A stretch of DNA of 47,455 nucleotides, counting the filler, from Trypethelium eluteriae (Eukaryota): the NCBI GenBank assembly GCA_051942245.1. It is 2 parts of 2 records of this genome, joined end to end, with 100 filler letters (N's around TTAATTAATTAA, not from the genome) between each part and the next. Parts side by side here need not be neighbours in the genome. Positions count along the whole stretch, not along the records: positions 23,860 to 47,455 come from JAVECL010000417.1; 1 more part is not named here. One strand, given 5' to 3'. Shown here piece by piece: positions 36,119-47,265 of the stretch. The notes beneath the pieces were generated by a model. That model worked only from the letters and a program-made list of their open reading frames with translations, ran no database searches and had not been told where the DNA came from. Both the position numbers and the translations under genes were made by a program. Within the stretch, counting starts at the first letter, position 1. Each line of letters begins with the position of its first letter.

Positions 36119-37550
36119 CATGTCACATTAAGGAGAGGCAATCGCGGTGTTTACAGGCGCATTATAGAAGCATTGATGGACGGCGTTCAGCTACATTTGC
36201 TTTTTCCTTTTCAATAAATTCCATGTCCGGTACCGATGAATTCCCCCGTCACAATGCTCTCTCTCTCGTTATGAGTTCTGGACAACGGGCGTTGAGGCGC
36301 TTGAGCCGCGAGGTTTTGTGCAGTTGCAGGAGAAATCAAAATACCGTGTACTGTAAACTTCGAACTACTTGTAGGTACTTGGCAATATCAGTCCCGTCCG
36401 GTCGGCAGGCATTGCCAGATGTGATCAACTGTAATCATTTCATGCCACGTAAAGCTCGCACCGACTACGAGGCTATCAGTCAGGTCAGGTAGTCGACTAA
36501 TTACGTTAGAAGTCATTCTCCCGCGGAGTCGCTTTTCATATTCCCGCGGTAACACCGGTTTTGGTGGGGTTACCTTTGTGGCTGTGGCTATCGAAGCCGC
36601 ACGCCATAGAGAAAATTGATCTGCTGGCTTGCGCGTCGCTGAGTCTAGACTTTGGCCCCTTGCAGCTCTATTCCGTAGCATTCACGACTCGGCATGCCTC
36701 AATTGAGGGGATATGGAGAAGCGGCTGATCGTGCAAAGTCAAGGCTCGACGGACACATTAATCGGTTCGGCTTCTTGACATGGAGAATGTAACGCGATAT
36801 TCAATGTGTTTGACATTTTTGTTGCATTTATGTCGTGTGTCCAGTATCTACAACATCCCCAGTGTATCTTTGCTTCCCCAGAGGCCGTCTATCTCGGCAT
36901 TAATGACAAAGATGCTCGGCCATCAAACGCTCTTCGAGCGATCCTCTCACGCTTTCCTCCAAAAATCGACAGTCCAAAGGACTCTAGCTGCCAAGAGTCT
37001 GCAGTGTGCGAGTCCCAATGCCGATGAGAATGAAAAGAAAAGGGCCAGTAATTTCCCCGTCCGTTCTTGCCAATTAGAATGCTACACGAATGGAAATTTT
37101 GAAATAGACAAATTGTGAAGCGAATGAGCACAAGGCCGCTAGAACGCATACAGTAAAAACAAATACAAGAAAGGAATACCCCGGGAAGGTCCTGAATGCC
37201 CGATAGATACTAAAGTAAAACGCCGCTCTATTTTGCCCCAGTGGCATATCTATGCTTGTCCTCGGCTCAATCCCAAAAGTGCTGTCAGCGGTCGACCGTC
37301 CATCTCCGCATTCTGCCTGAGAGCATATGTATGAAGAAGCGGCTGCTTTCTAGTGAATATAAATAGAGAAGAATTGAAATTAGTCAGGAAACGGATGCAC
37401 CTCAGTGCAACGGGTCACAACTGCCTGTCAGAGCGGGCTGGCTGACCGCAAGCCACGTATGCGGCGATTCATGAACATCTCGTAGCTATCCGGAACAGTT
37501 TAATAGCCGCATAGGAGGTGGAGGGTATATAAAGCTTTGACAAGGGAGAA

Positions 37551-39539
37551 TCAAATCATATCTGGCCACTTATTGTAAGGATGGACGGAGGGGCCGTTCC
37601 ATTTCTCTCCGTAAGGATTCATGCGAGTGCCATGCAAGAAGCCGTCGTGGGCTCTTTCTAGCACGTCAAACCACGAAGAGGGCTCCGGGTGCTTCACCCA
37701 CTGGTTGTGCACGTGGTACGTCCACGCGCCTCGGAAGAAGTTCTCTAGTGTCCTGTTGTTTGCCGGATATTTGTCCTCTTCGATCGAGTAGTCTTTCACC
37801 ACACCAGCGCGGATCAGTTCCCTTTCTTCTTCGAGGCTCATTTCAAAGGAATCAAGTGGCTCTGCCATGGGCTCAACTTCCAGTGTCGTTTGCCTTGAGG
37901 AAGCTTCAGCTGTCGTATGTGGAACACTAAGAGATGTCTCCTTAGACGGGATGACAGAGCGCTTTTGGTGCCGTGCGTCGATCCTGCTTGGAACAGGTAC
38001 AGGCTCGTCCCGCTTCCGTAATTCTTGCGTTTTGTCTTCTGATGTGCTACCTGGGAGAGTTCGGAGTTGCGGTCCATCGTAGCTTTCCCATTCGTAGGCA
38101 ATGGCTCCGGTTTTTCCCTTGAACGCCTCGCCATAGTTCTTGAAACACGGTACTGTACAGCGACCTTCCCGATCCCAATTGAACTCGGTCCAGATTGGGT
38201 CAAATGCAGCAGTTTCCAGCATCAAAAATTCTTGATCACGCCCATCCTTCCAAGCCATGCGACCGATGACACGAGGGTGGAAGTTAAGACCCATACGAAC
38301 GCCACCACGAATCAGGTACGAGGAGAGGGAGGAGTTCGCACTGAGCGACATAATCGCGGTATTGTAATCGCCAGGATGAGAGTGCGCCGCCCAACGTTCT
38401 GCAAAAGAGTGCTCGTGAGGCAGGAGGAGAGGGCGCATATCTCGAAGCATGAGGACATCCATATCAAAATAACAGCCACCATGGATATGCAGAACCACGA
38501 ATCGCACAGCGTCAGAGACAGCGACAGGCAAGAAGGTCATCTGCTTGGGGGTGAGGACGAGCCATTGCTGACCCGTTGAATCTTCGATGATGTTTTCGGC
38601 AACAGCGAACTCGCCTTCAGCATTGGCCTTTCCAGCTGTCTTGTAGTAGCCCATTCCGTCGGTATTATCTTCAGCTTTGGGTAGCGGGATGCGAGAAGGG
38701 AATTTCCAAGCTTTCAAGGTAATGTCACCACGCTCGACCAGAGGCAGGAACCGGGCAAACAATGGGTCGCGATTGAGCATGTCGTCAATAGCGTTCGGAT
38801 GGCGGTCTGCATCAAGCCAGATCCAGAGACGCGAGCATGCCAGATTCTGGGTGTAGAGGTAGCTCTTGATGAAGACTTCGACGCGCCATGTGGCTGGTCC
38901 GGTCCAGTAGACGTGGTAGGGGATGATAGGACCAGGGCAAGTACCCATGCTGGATGGCGAAGGTGACTCGGCCGAGTCAGTCGACACATAGTTGTGATGT
39001 GTGTTCCCATGGCCATCTGCATCGTTGTATTCCGCTTTGCGAGGATCTTGTTGACTGGCTCGTTGACTTTTCTCTGGCAAGGTGTAATAACGCTTCTCAT
39101 CTTCGGCAAGAAATTGCAAGCATTCAAATACATTCCGCATCTTCTCAATGCCCTTGTAAGTCCCACGACACTCTTCTACGAGCATGTTCAGGTCCGCTTC
39201 AGTATCGACGTGTGGTCGTGACCCCAAATAATCGTCCTTGGGAGCCACTGCGCTCTGGGGTCGGTTGAAGACATTTGCGTATGGGTTGATTGTGATCATC
39301 TTCTTGTGGCCTTTGAACTTGACCGCAACCTTTCCAGCGTCGTCTTCTATCACCTTGTCTGGCCGAAGCTTAGACGGGAGGGTTTTGTCGAGCATGCTCG
39401 AAACTCGGAGTTTGCTTTTGGCAGACGCGGGGTTTCGCGCGATCTCTACGATTCCCCATATCGACGCGTAGAGAAGAGCAAAGAGAGCAAGATTGCGTAG
39501 TATTGCGAGGAGTCTCCGCGTTGTCGAACCCTCAGGCAT
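37551..39539 (-). CDS. Type II membrane DxD glycosyltransferase-like protein (GT32-like), 662 aa
   Basis: N-terminal TM (LALFALLYASIWGIV), YHVYWTG, SDAVRFVVLHIHGGCYFDMD (GT32-type DxD), YNTA, AWTYHVHNQW. A probable upstream intron at 39543-39609 makes the start uncertain. Confidence 0.8.
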   Translation of the reverse strand: MPEGSTTRRLLAILRNLALFALLYASIWGIVEIARNPASAKSKLRVSSMLDKTLPSKLRPDKVIEDDAGKVAVKFKGHKKMITINPYANVFNRPQSAVAPKDDYLGSRPHVDTEADLNMLVEECRGTYKGIEKMRNVFECLQFLAEDEKRYYTLPEKSQRASQQDPRKAEYNDADGHGNTHHNYVSTDSAESPSPSSMGTCPGPIIPYHVYWTGPATWRVEVFIKSYLYTQNLACSRLWIWLDADRHPNAIDDMLNRDPLFARFLPLVERGDITLKAWKFPSRIPLPKAEDNTDGMGYYKTAGKANAEGEFAVAENIIEDSTGQQWLVLTPKQMTFLPVAVSDAVRFVVLHIHGGCYFDMDVLMLRDMRPLLLPHEHSFAERWAAHSHPGDYNTAIMSLSANSSLSSYLIRGGVRMGLNFHPRVIGRMAWKDGRDQEFLMLETAAFDPIWTEFNWDREGRCTVPCFKNYGEAFKGKTGAIAYEWESYDGPQLRTLPGSTSEDKTQELRKRDEPVPVPSRIDARHQKRSVIPSKETSLSVPHTTAEASSRQTTLEVEPMAEPLDSFEMSLEEERELIRAGVVKDYSIEEDKYPANNRTLENFFRGAWTYHVHNQWVKHPEPSSWFDVLERAHDGFLHGTRMNPYGEKWNGPSVHPYNKWPDMI

Positions 39540-40661
39540 GATCTATGAGGAGGTGAAGGTTGGGTAGGGAGAGAAGGTCAGAGGAGGAGAAGCGGGCGAC
39601 TCGAGATACGTTCCTGCGCCGCCACAATGGTAAGACACGTGTAGTAACCGATGCGTCCAGTGGTGTGAATGCCGTGGGTTCGGGCCTGTGAAGAGTGCTG
39701 GACAAATGGATCTGTGAGATCCCAATGTGTATGGAAGACTAGGCCGGCCGGATGGAGCAAACCAGCTTGCCGCGACCCCGGACAAATTAAGTAGTTGGAT
39801 ATGTGAAGGAGATTGGTCAATTGTATTCCGGTCACGAAGGATCAATTGATTGCGAAGACTTAGTATGGGATCTGCAGGTGGTGCAGGAAATTTTGAAGCC
39901 GCGTAGAGAGTGGAAGGCGGGAAGCAGCAGAATAGGAGAAAGTATTAGAGATGCGAAGGCGGGGACAGTTATACAAGGACACACGAAGCTGAATGCAAGC
40001 AGGGGTCACACAAACGAAGGAGAGAAAAGGTGTGCAAAAGGAAGAATCGCAGATCGAGGAAAAGGGAGCGTGTGGTGTTGGATTAGGAGGCGTACCAGAC
40101 CAGCTTCCAGCGCCCGCCAAATTTGGCATTTTGGGTTTGATGGGTTGATGGGCGTAGGGGCGCGATGGGGCTAGCCTCGTTTCGCTACACGGCCCTACCT
40201 TAGTTTAGGGAGTGGAGGCGGATGCTCGCACCCTCGCACGCGGCTGTACCCTGGCGTGCCTGGCCTCGTCGCTGCCGTCCCGGCTGGAGCTGGCCACTAA
40301 TTGCCTAGCTGGGTGACTACTTCGGTGACTTTCCACACTTTCTAGCACCTAATCACCGTAATGGCTGCACTGTCACCAGTTTCGCAAACTAATCGTGGGC
40401 CTCGGCCTAGCCCCAAAGATGCTAGGTCGCGTCGCGTTGCAAACGTAATGATCGGCCATGCATCAGGGCCTGGCAGCAGCAGCAGCCATCGAACACTGCC
40501 ACCCAACACCATTTTTATCCTCCACGTTACTGTAGAAGCATAGGCGATCAGGCAAATCACACATTGTCTTCTCCAATCCGAAACGGCCAAGATGATGCTG
40601 TGAGCATCGTTCGAGTCACCCACCTCCTCTGCGCCCATCAGCCCCACCGAGTCTCCGACGA

Positions 40662-42105
40662 ATGCTGCGTCGTCTCGTCTGCCCGTCGCCTCTCTGCTTC
40701 ACCCGTCGGACAAGCCCTGCTCAGCCTGCTTCCAGTAGCACCCGTCGTGCTCTGTTCGCCTCCTTCCCATCGTTCCCCTCTTCTCCGCATGAACGTGTTT
40801 GGATAGAATGCCGCAGTAATGGCCACATCGCACTTGAGTAAGCGTCCTATCGTACCTGTTCCCCGCCTCTGTTTCACTGCTCGCTCCGCCATCTCAGACA
40901 CGTATTAATCTTCCATCCGACGTCATAGCATCCACTTTTCCCCAGACCCTTCGTCGAGAATTGTCATCTGGCTTCCATCTGGTCTACGCCAATTGGTAGA
41001 CGACGGTAAGGATGCATCTATCCAGCAGGAAGTCAACCCGGCTGCCCTTGCCGCAATGGCATCTGCAACCGTGGTACAGGTCAACTATCGCCTTTCTCGT
41101 CGAGTTTGCTACCCAACACCTATCCACGACGTCCTAGCAGGGTATGACTGGATTGTAGAGCATCTAGTGCCAAAGCATACGTACTTCTCAACATCCCGAC
41201 AAGGAAAAAGGACTTTCAATAATGCCCGTCTATATGTCTGTGGTGAGCTCATTGGCGGCAGCCTGGCCAGCATGCTAGCACTCACTGAATGCCGTATTGG
41301 CTCTAAAGGCATTGGCGCTGCTTTTGTCAACAATCCGATTGTGGATTGGGTTAGCCTGGAAGACTTCCACTCACAGTTACCTGCTTTGGGTGACCGCACT
41401 AACAACAAGATGAATGCTTCTCAAAGCATCGGCCGATCTCGTTGCAGAAAGAGCCGCCCACGCACACTATCTCATACTCTGTTCGCATCGAATTCATGTC
41501 TGCCGACGTCCTCGCTACTCTCTGCTCGCTCAAAACTTTTCGGGAGCACATCCTCGTATTTCGATCCTTTCGCAAGCCCTATTTTGTTCTTCCGTACTAC
41601 CGGTGTCATCCCTGCCGCTTCGCACGATTGTGATGAGCCTTCATCACCACCACTGATTGGCGGCGAGGAGAAAGTCACTACTATCGCACGCAAAGCCTAT
41701 CTCAAGTATCCACCTAGTTATACAGCTCTTCGTTTACCGACCTTTCTTATTGGCGTAGGTGCGCAAAACCCTCTCAGGGACCAGGGTGAAGAATTCGCGG
41801 CTTTGCTACGTCGAACTCATCGAATTGGTAAGTCAAGTAGCAAGGAAGATCCAGATTTAGCAGAGCCTCAGTCGGACCATGACAGCGTTCATGGCCTTGA
41901 TGCTATCGTGAAAACGAACGTAGACAGAAATGACCGAGGATCGCAACCACGCTCGACAGCTCGAGAGTCAGACCTTGGAGGGAAAGTCCAACTGAAGGTC
42001 AAAGATGGCGTCGGCCTATGGGATGGTAGCAACGAGGACCGAAATGTGGAGACGGTCGCGGAAGTCAATCAGTGGCTCTTAGATGCAAACCAAGAGCCGG
42101 CGTGA
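40662..42105 (+). CDS. Alpha/beta-hydrolase-fold (Abhydrolase_3/HSL-like) protein with presequence-like N-terminus, catalytic motifs degenerate; exons 40662-40837 and 40929-42105
   Basis: Splicing 40838-40928 (GTAAGC...TTAAT...TAG) gives MLRRLVC...RSNGHIALDIHF..IVIWLPSG. Also VNYRL, YPTPIHDVLAGYDW, VCGELIGGSLA, DPFASP and NPLRDQGEEFA. Confidence 0.85.
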
Positions 42106-42600
42106 CAGAGTGGGGGTCGAATACGCTTCATTACTTCAGTGGCTTTCATTCCAGAACTGCGCTTCTCCAATCACCCCGTTTTCTGCTCCATGGGAAAGTA
42201 ACCCATTTCAAGCTTGTCCTCCGAATCAGGAGATGGAGTAGCAGGATTCTCGAGAGGTGCGTTGTCGAAGCGCCGAGAGTCATGGTCAAGAAGGACGCCT
42301 TCCACCAATCCCAATCGCGAAGAAGCCATGCCAATCTCTACGATTATTCAGGAAAGGAACTCGCTACGAGTATGCTTGCTCTGATGCTACACTGTACTGG
42401 CAATACTATGCGCCTTGACTCAGAGAGTGGAGTACATATACGAACATGCAGTAGACATTCCTGAAGTATATCGCTAATCCGAACTGGCAAATCAAATCTT
42501 ACCGCCATACCATGCGGTGACTCTTTGCGGACCTCTAAACTAGGATCGACCCATAATATCCGGCTTTGCAACTACAGGCAGGCTCTTCAACGTTTCGATC

Positions 42601-42615
42601 TTTTTTTTTTTTTTT
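42601..42615. repeat. Poly(T)15 tract
   Basis: Read directly. Confidence 0.9.
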
Positions 42616-42989
42616 CAATTCCTCCCAGTTCATAGACCGAAAGGGCAAATTCAACCGCGTCAGTATCTCGAACTCCGTGATGGCGATGGAAGCGCTGTCC
42701 TTTTTCAGAAGCCTGCAGATAGCAAGGGAGATTAGTCCCACCTGACAACTCAATGACCCGTTGGACTAAAAGCTACCAGCGCCACGCCATCTGTACTGAC
42801 TGTCTGTAACGAGGAAAGCCAAGACCACGGGATTCAGTGTGCAAGTCTGGAGATCTTGTTGTAGACTTTCGTTTTCCCGCTATGTTAAGCGAATTTATCA
42901 GCTATTGTGAAGGTGTGGCATTTTTTCTTATCTTTCATGATACATTATGGGCAACTTGCTCCGGTCAACCAGTACCTTGTACCCCAGTC

Positions 42990-45139
42990 TTACACCACGT
43001 CAATAGTATACTTTCCTCCCGAATCCAGGTCAAGGTAATCGCCTGCACTCAGAGTTTTGAAATGACCTTTGAATACTACTTCGAGCTCAGAGCCCAGGTA
43101 TCCGCCCACCCAGCGAGTAAAGAAACATCCGATCCGAAGATATGTACCGTGTGCAGCAATCCTCTGAAGGATGATTCCGCGCTCCACAAGTAATTCTATT
43201 TCATCATGAACAGAGGCAATCTGGAACAAGGCATAAGTTGAAGCGGCAGGTGTGCTGCCATCGGTGTCTAGAAGATCTGATACTACACGGCGAGATATAT
43301 CCCAGTCGATTACTATGGGATTGTCCTGAGTGGATCTGATCCTTCGGACTTCTTGAAACCGTGAGCGCTGTCCGATATATATCCATGGTACGTCATCATG
43401 GACATGCCGACGGAACTTGCAGATTCGCCCACGAAGACGAAGCCGACAGAACTCTGTGCCGCCAAAGAAGTTTGGCGATATTCTTTTTATCTCAACACCC
43501 AAGACCTCCGCTTTAGCTACCAGGGAGGGGAACCTGCAAAACATTACTTCCGTAAGTACCGATGCCCAAGACCATGAAGGAGCATGCTTCATTTCCATTT
43601 TGGCACCAATCGTTGGTCTGGACTTGTCTGCGCCCAAGCCCCGGTCTAGATCACCCCAAATCAATGACAGCGGCAAGTCATTCTTCCACATACCTGCCAA
43701 ATACTCTGAAGGGTCTAGCCGCATCCTAAGGCAGCACTGCTTGGCTATCGCTGAGATGGCAAGTAGCCGATCATCTGCGAAGGTGAGCGAGGTGCCAGAG
43801 TAATCCTCCACAAGTTCATACCATCGCAGTTTCACCTGCTGTATAGTCAATGTTGGGGAAGTCTCGACGCCCTTTTTGGGGCGGGGCGGTCGCGAATCCG
43901 AAATTCCCCGTGGCAAAACTTCTGATGCATCAAGAGAGTGGCATTCCCAAAATACCTGGTCCTTGGTGAAGTGAACAATGCGGGGGGCGAGCGTCCGCTC
44001 TTGAAAGACCCAGCCACGCTTGTTTAAGAGCCCTTCAGACGACGCAAGAAAGTGGTTCTCGGAAAACGCCTGGAGGCATATATCCGTTTGTATTTCGAAG
44101 ACTCTCACTATTGCTCGGCATGGGTTCGTGGGAAGGCTTTCTCGATCAAAGACTAAGCCGTTGCGACTCTGTGCCTCTGTGGCTGAAATATTGAGAGTGG
44201 AGTTCATATATATCTGATCCATTTGCATAATTTCTCCCGTCTTTTCAGGCCCGTCATCTTGCATTATGCATAAGGCGTCAATCCATATGTAGCGGAAGCC
44301 TAGGCTTCTAGTAACGTGGATAGCATGTCGAAATACGGCTGCCTCACTGCATCGTAAAAGATGAGGTGTTATATCGTCATTTAGAAGATATTCTGTCTCT
44401 TTGTTAAGTAATATACCTGGCGGCGTACCCCATCTATGACTTAGAGTGAAATACGGAGTGTCCAGAGGCAGAGCAGTGGATGAGATGATGCGGACGTTGG
44501 GGAGTTCTTCAAGACTCAACATGTCGAATTCTTTTGGTCTCATCTCCTCAGTTGACCTGACGTAGCCTAAGTCAGTTGACATGACGTCTACTAAACGTAG
44601 TGGAAGCCTTGATGCTGCCAGTAGCCTTGGGCAATTGTCATGAGATGAAATGCAGCTCTTTAGCCAGGAATACGTTTTACGTAAGGTCTCCAGAGACCAT
44701 GTCCTTGGAGAATCAAGAACATGCACACACCCGTGTTTGACTAGAGCCGATCAGATTTGTTTTGATGCATTGTGTTTGTGAACAAATCGACCTTCTCACC
44801 ATTTTGAATCCGAATTGAGATTGGGTATTTGGTAGGCTCGTCCCCACTGATTACGATGAAATTAACCATTATGGCGGCTCGGTCGTGCGGACTTCTTGAA
44901 ATAATCAACTCCCGCGAGTCTTCGGGATCAGAAGGTTCGAGAAGTTGGGGAATGGAGGTATGTAGCAGCGTACACATATGGCACGTCGACGAATACACAT
45001 TGATTGCTAATCGTGCTTCATACGGTATGCCAAATGGTAACCGATGCTCTTCTGCTGACTGTGAATAGAGGATAGATGCGGCAATCTTGAAGATGGAGAA
45101 GCAGTCGCTGCATACCGTATTCATTTGAGGGTGTGCCAT
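42990..45139 (-). CDS. HET-domain (heterokaryon incompatibility) protein; exons 45139-44800 and 44740-42990
   Basis: LPLRLVDV, YFTLSHRWG, FRHAIHVTRSLGFRYIWIDALCIMQD, MDQIYMNS, LNKRGWVFQERTLAPR, YLAGMW, APSWSWAS; N-terminal CxxC..CxxC. The 59-nt intron 44741-44799 (GTGAGA..CTGAT..TAG) joins the two ORFs in frame. Confidence 0.92.
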
Positions 45140-45506
45140 ATGGCTTGGAAAAGATGAGAGAACTAGCAGATAAAGGCTCTGATAGGTGCATGGATGATAA
45201 TATAGTAACTATACCAGAATCAGACAGCACTGCAGTTCGCAATAAAACAATTATTATAGTCTCAGGCACAATCTTCAGTCAGAGAGGATCTGTCATGTTG
45301 AAAGGTGCCCTAAAAGACCTGAGCGTATTGATTTTTTTTGGAGCCTGCTTGACTTTACGAGTCAAGTGATACAGCCTTGCTGCCTTGCCAAGAGCTCGAC
45401 ATTAGTGAAGTCAAGTGCGGCCCTGCACAGAGTCTGCTCGCTATGCGGACGTTCCGAAATCCGAAGTACCTCTACAGTGTCGTGGTTCTGGATTGAGGGC
45501 CCCTGG

Positions 45507-45532
45507 TTGATTGATTGATTGATTGATTGATT
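45507..45532 (-). repeat. (AATC)6 tandem tail at the 3' end of the LINE
   Basis: (TTGA)6TT on the + strand, directly abutting the LINE 3' UTR. Confidence 0.85.
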
Positions 45533-47255
45533 ATGTCCTACACCCAGTCAGGCCTAGCGCAAGCCCATGTGGGGAACTAGCTGACTAATATACAGTGTGA
45601 GAATGCCCTTGATATTGTAAGCTCCTGTACAAGCTGAACCTTCCCTCTATTTAAGCTCTAAGATATGTTCTAAAGTGATGCCAATCTTGCATACAGCCTG
45701 GCATCCAAATTCTGCTTAGAGAGTTGTTGCTAGCTGTTTGCTAAACTTTTGGCTTATTAGCATTTCCCAAACATCCTGTTGCTGTTATAAAGGAAAGTAT
45801 CTTTTGGATAATTTAATAGTCTGGTTTTTATTTCTTTATTTCTCCTTTTATTTCTTTATCTGTATATGCTTTAATTAGGGTTCTTATGCTGTATTTCTAT
45901 AAATTGCCCTGCTATATCTCTTATCTTTGGCTTAACCATAGCTGGCATTAATAAAGGAAGTGCTCTATTATTTTTGGGGCCCTGCATTTATAAAGGTTGT
46001 TCTTTAATCTCTTAATTTTGTGTAAGTAGTTATTAAGTCCACAGTATCCTGATCTAAGTTGGGCTAATAATTTGGCCTTTTTACTGCTTTGTCTGTTGTA
46101 AATGTCCTTAATATGCTTCCCTAGAGCTGCCTTATTAAGTAATGTAAAACACCTATTTTTAGACAGCTTTTGGAGCTAATTATGGGCTTTGCTTAATTCC
46201 TTCTGTCTTAATTTTTGTGCTATAACTGCAGACAGTTGTTTATTTGCTGGGAGCTGGTCCTTCTTTATGGCTAACTTTGCTAGCATATGTGCCCTCTTAT
46301 TCCCTTGGATATTTTTGTGTGCTGGAACCCATATAAACTTGATTGGAATATCTCTTTAGTTTGCTTTATTTAGTAGGGTGTAAATCTTCTATAAAACCTT
46401 GCTCCTTCTTTGGGGATTTTTGATTGTTTTAAGAGCCTCTTTATTATTAAATAGGATTTAGGTTGTGTTAAACCTTCTCCCTAAGCTAGGGAGCTAAAGG
46501 ATGGCTATTTTTAGCCCCCAATTAATTGCTTTAAGTTCTACCTCTGTAGGCTTTAGGTGGGGTCCTTTATCTACTATTATAAACCTGGAGAGGCCCAGGA
46601 GATTTGGCGCATAAAAACTAAGACCTGCTAATCCATTTTTTATGGATGCATTTATAAAGAGTACTTATAAAGTTTTCTATACTTCTTATATTTGCTCCTT
46701 CTCTATATCTAGGAAGACCCTAGCTATTGGCTGCTATGGGGGTTTAATAAATGCCGGGCATATCTCTGTCCCCTCCAAGTTGATATCCTTAAATAGCTCT
46801 ATTATCGCCTCACAGGGAGAGGTAAACTTCTTATTCCATCCTAGCTGTTTGAGTAACTTCCATCCAATATGTTTCTTTGGACGGGTATGTAGGCTGACCT
46901 AGTGTCATCTAATAGCTTTATATAGACAGTCCTGGACTAGTTCTAACCCTCCCTTAACTGTAATTATATAATAGGCTGCTATTCTAAATATTCCTGTGAT
47001 AGCTAATGCTCTAATTTTTGTTGCCCTCTTAATTTTATGTTGTACAGTACCTAACAACCCAGGAAACCATATTGGGGCTTTATAATTAGTAACTGGGGCA
47101 ACTGTAGCTATAAAGAGCTAGCAAGCTGCTTTTGGCTATAGTCCCTGTAGCCTTTTAAGTGCTAGAGCTGCTTTTTCCCCTCTCTTTGCCGCCCTTGCTG
47201 CGTGGATTTAAAATCTGAGTCCCTGATCAAGAATTACACCCAGTAGCTTTACCTC
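45507..47255 (-). mobile_element. RIP-inactivated Tad1-like non-LTR retrotransposon, 3' portion (RT thumb, RNase H, CCHC finger, 3' UTR, tail)
   Basis: Manual minus-strand translation gives EVKLLGVILDQGLRF*IH..ALKRLQGL*PKAAC*LFIATVAPVTNYKAPIW (47255-47070), VLFINASIKNG (~46650), FIWVPAHKNIQGNKRAHMLAK (~46340-46275) and AQLRSGYCGLNNYLHKI...KC..IEHFLY*CQLW (~46065-45935). AT-rich, with TAA/TAG stops and D>N, T>I-type changes. Confidence 0.92.
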
Positions 47256-47265
47256 TATATGATGA

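Noticed and set aside
36223..37149. ORFs between VPS27 and the glycosyltransferase
   Set aside because: No motifs or codon bias; likely 3' UTR/intergenic.
46642..46902. 86-aa plus-strand ORF
   Set aside because: Antisense to the RIPed LINE ORF2; spurious.
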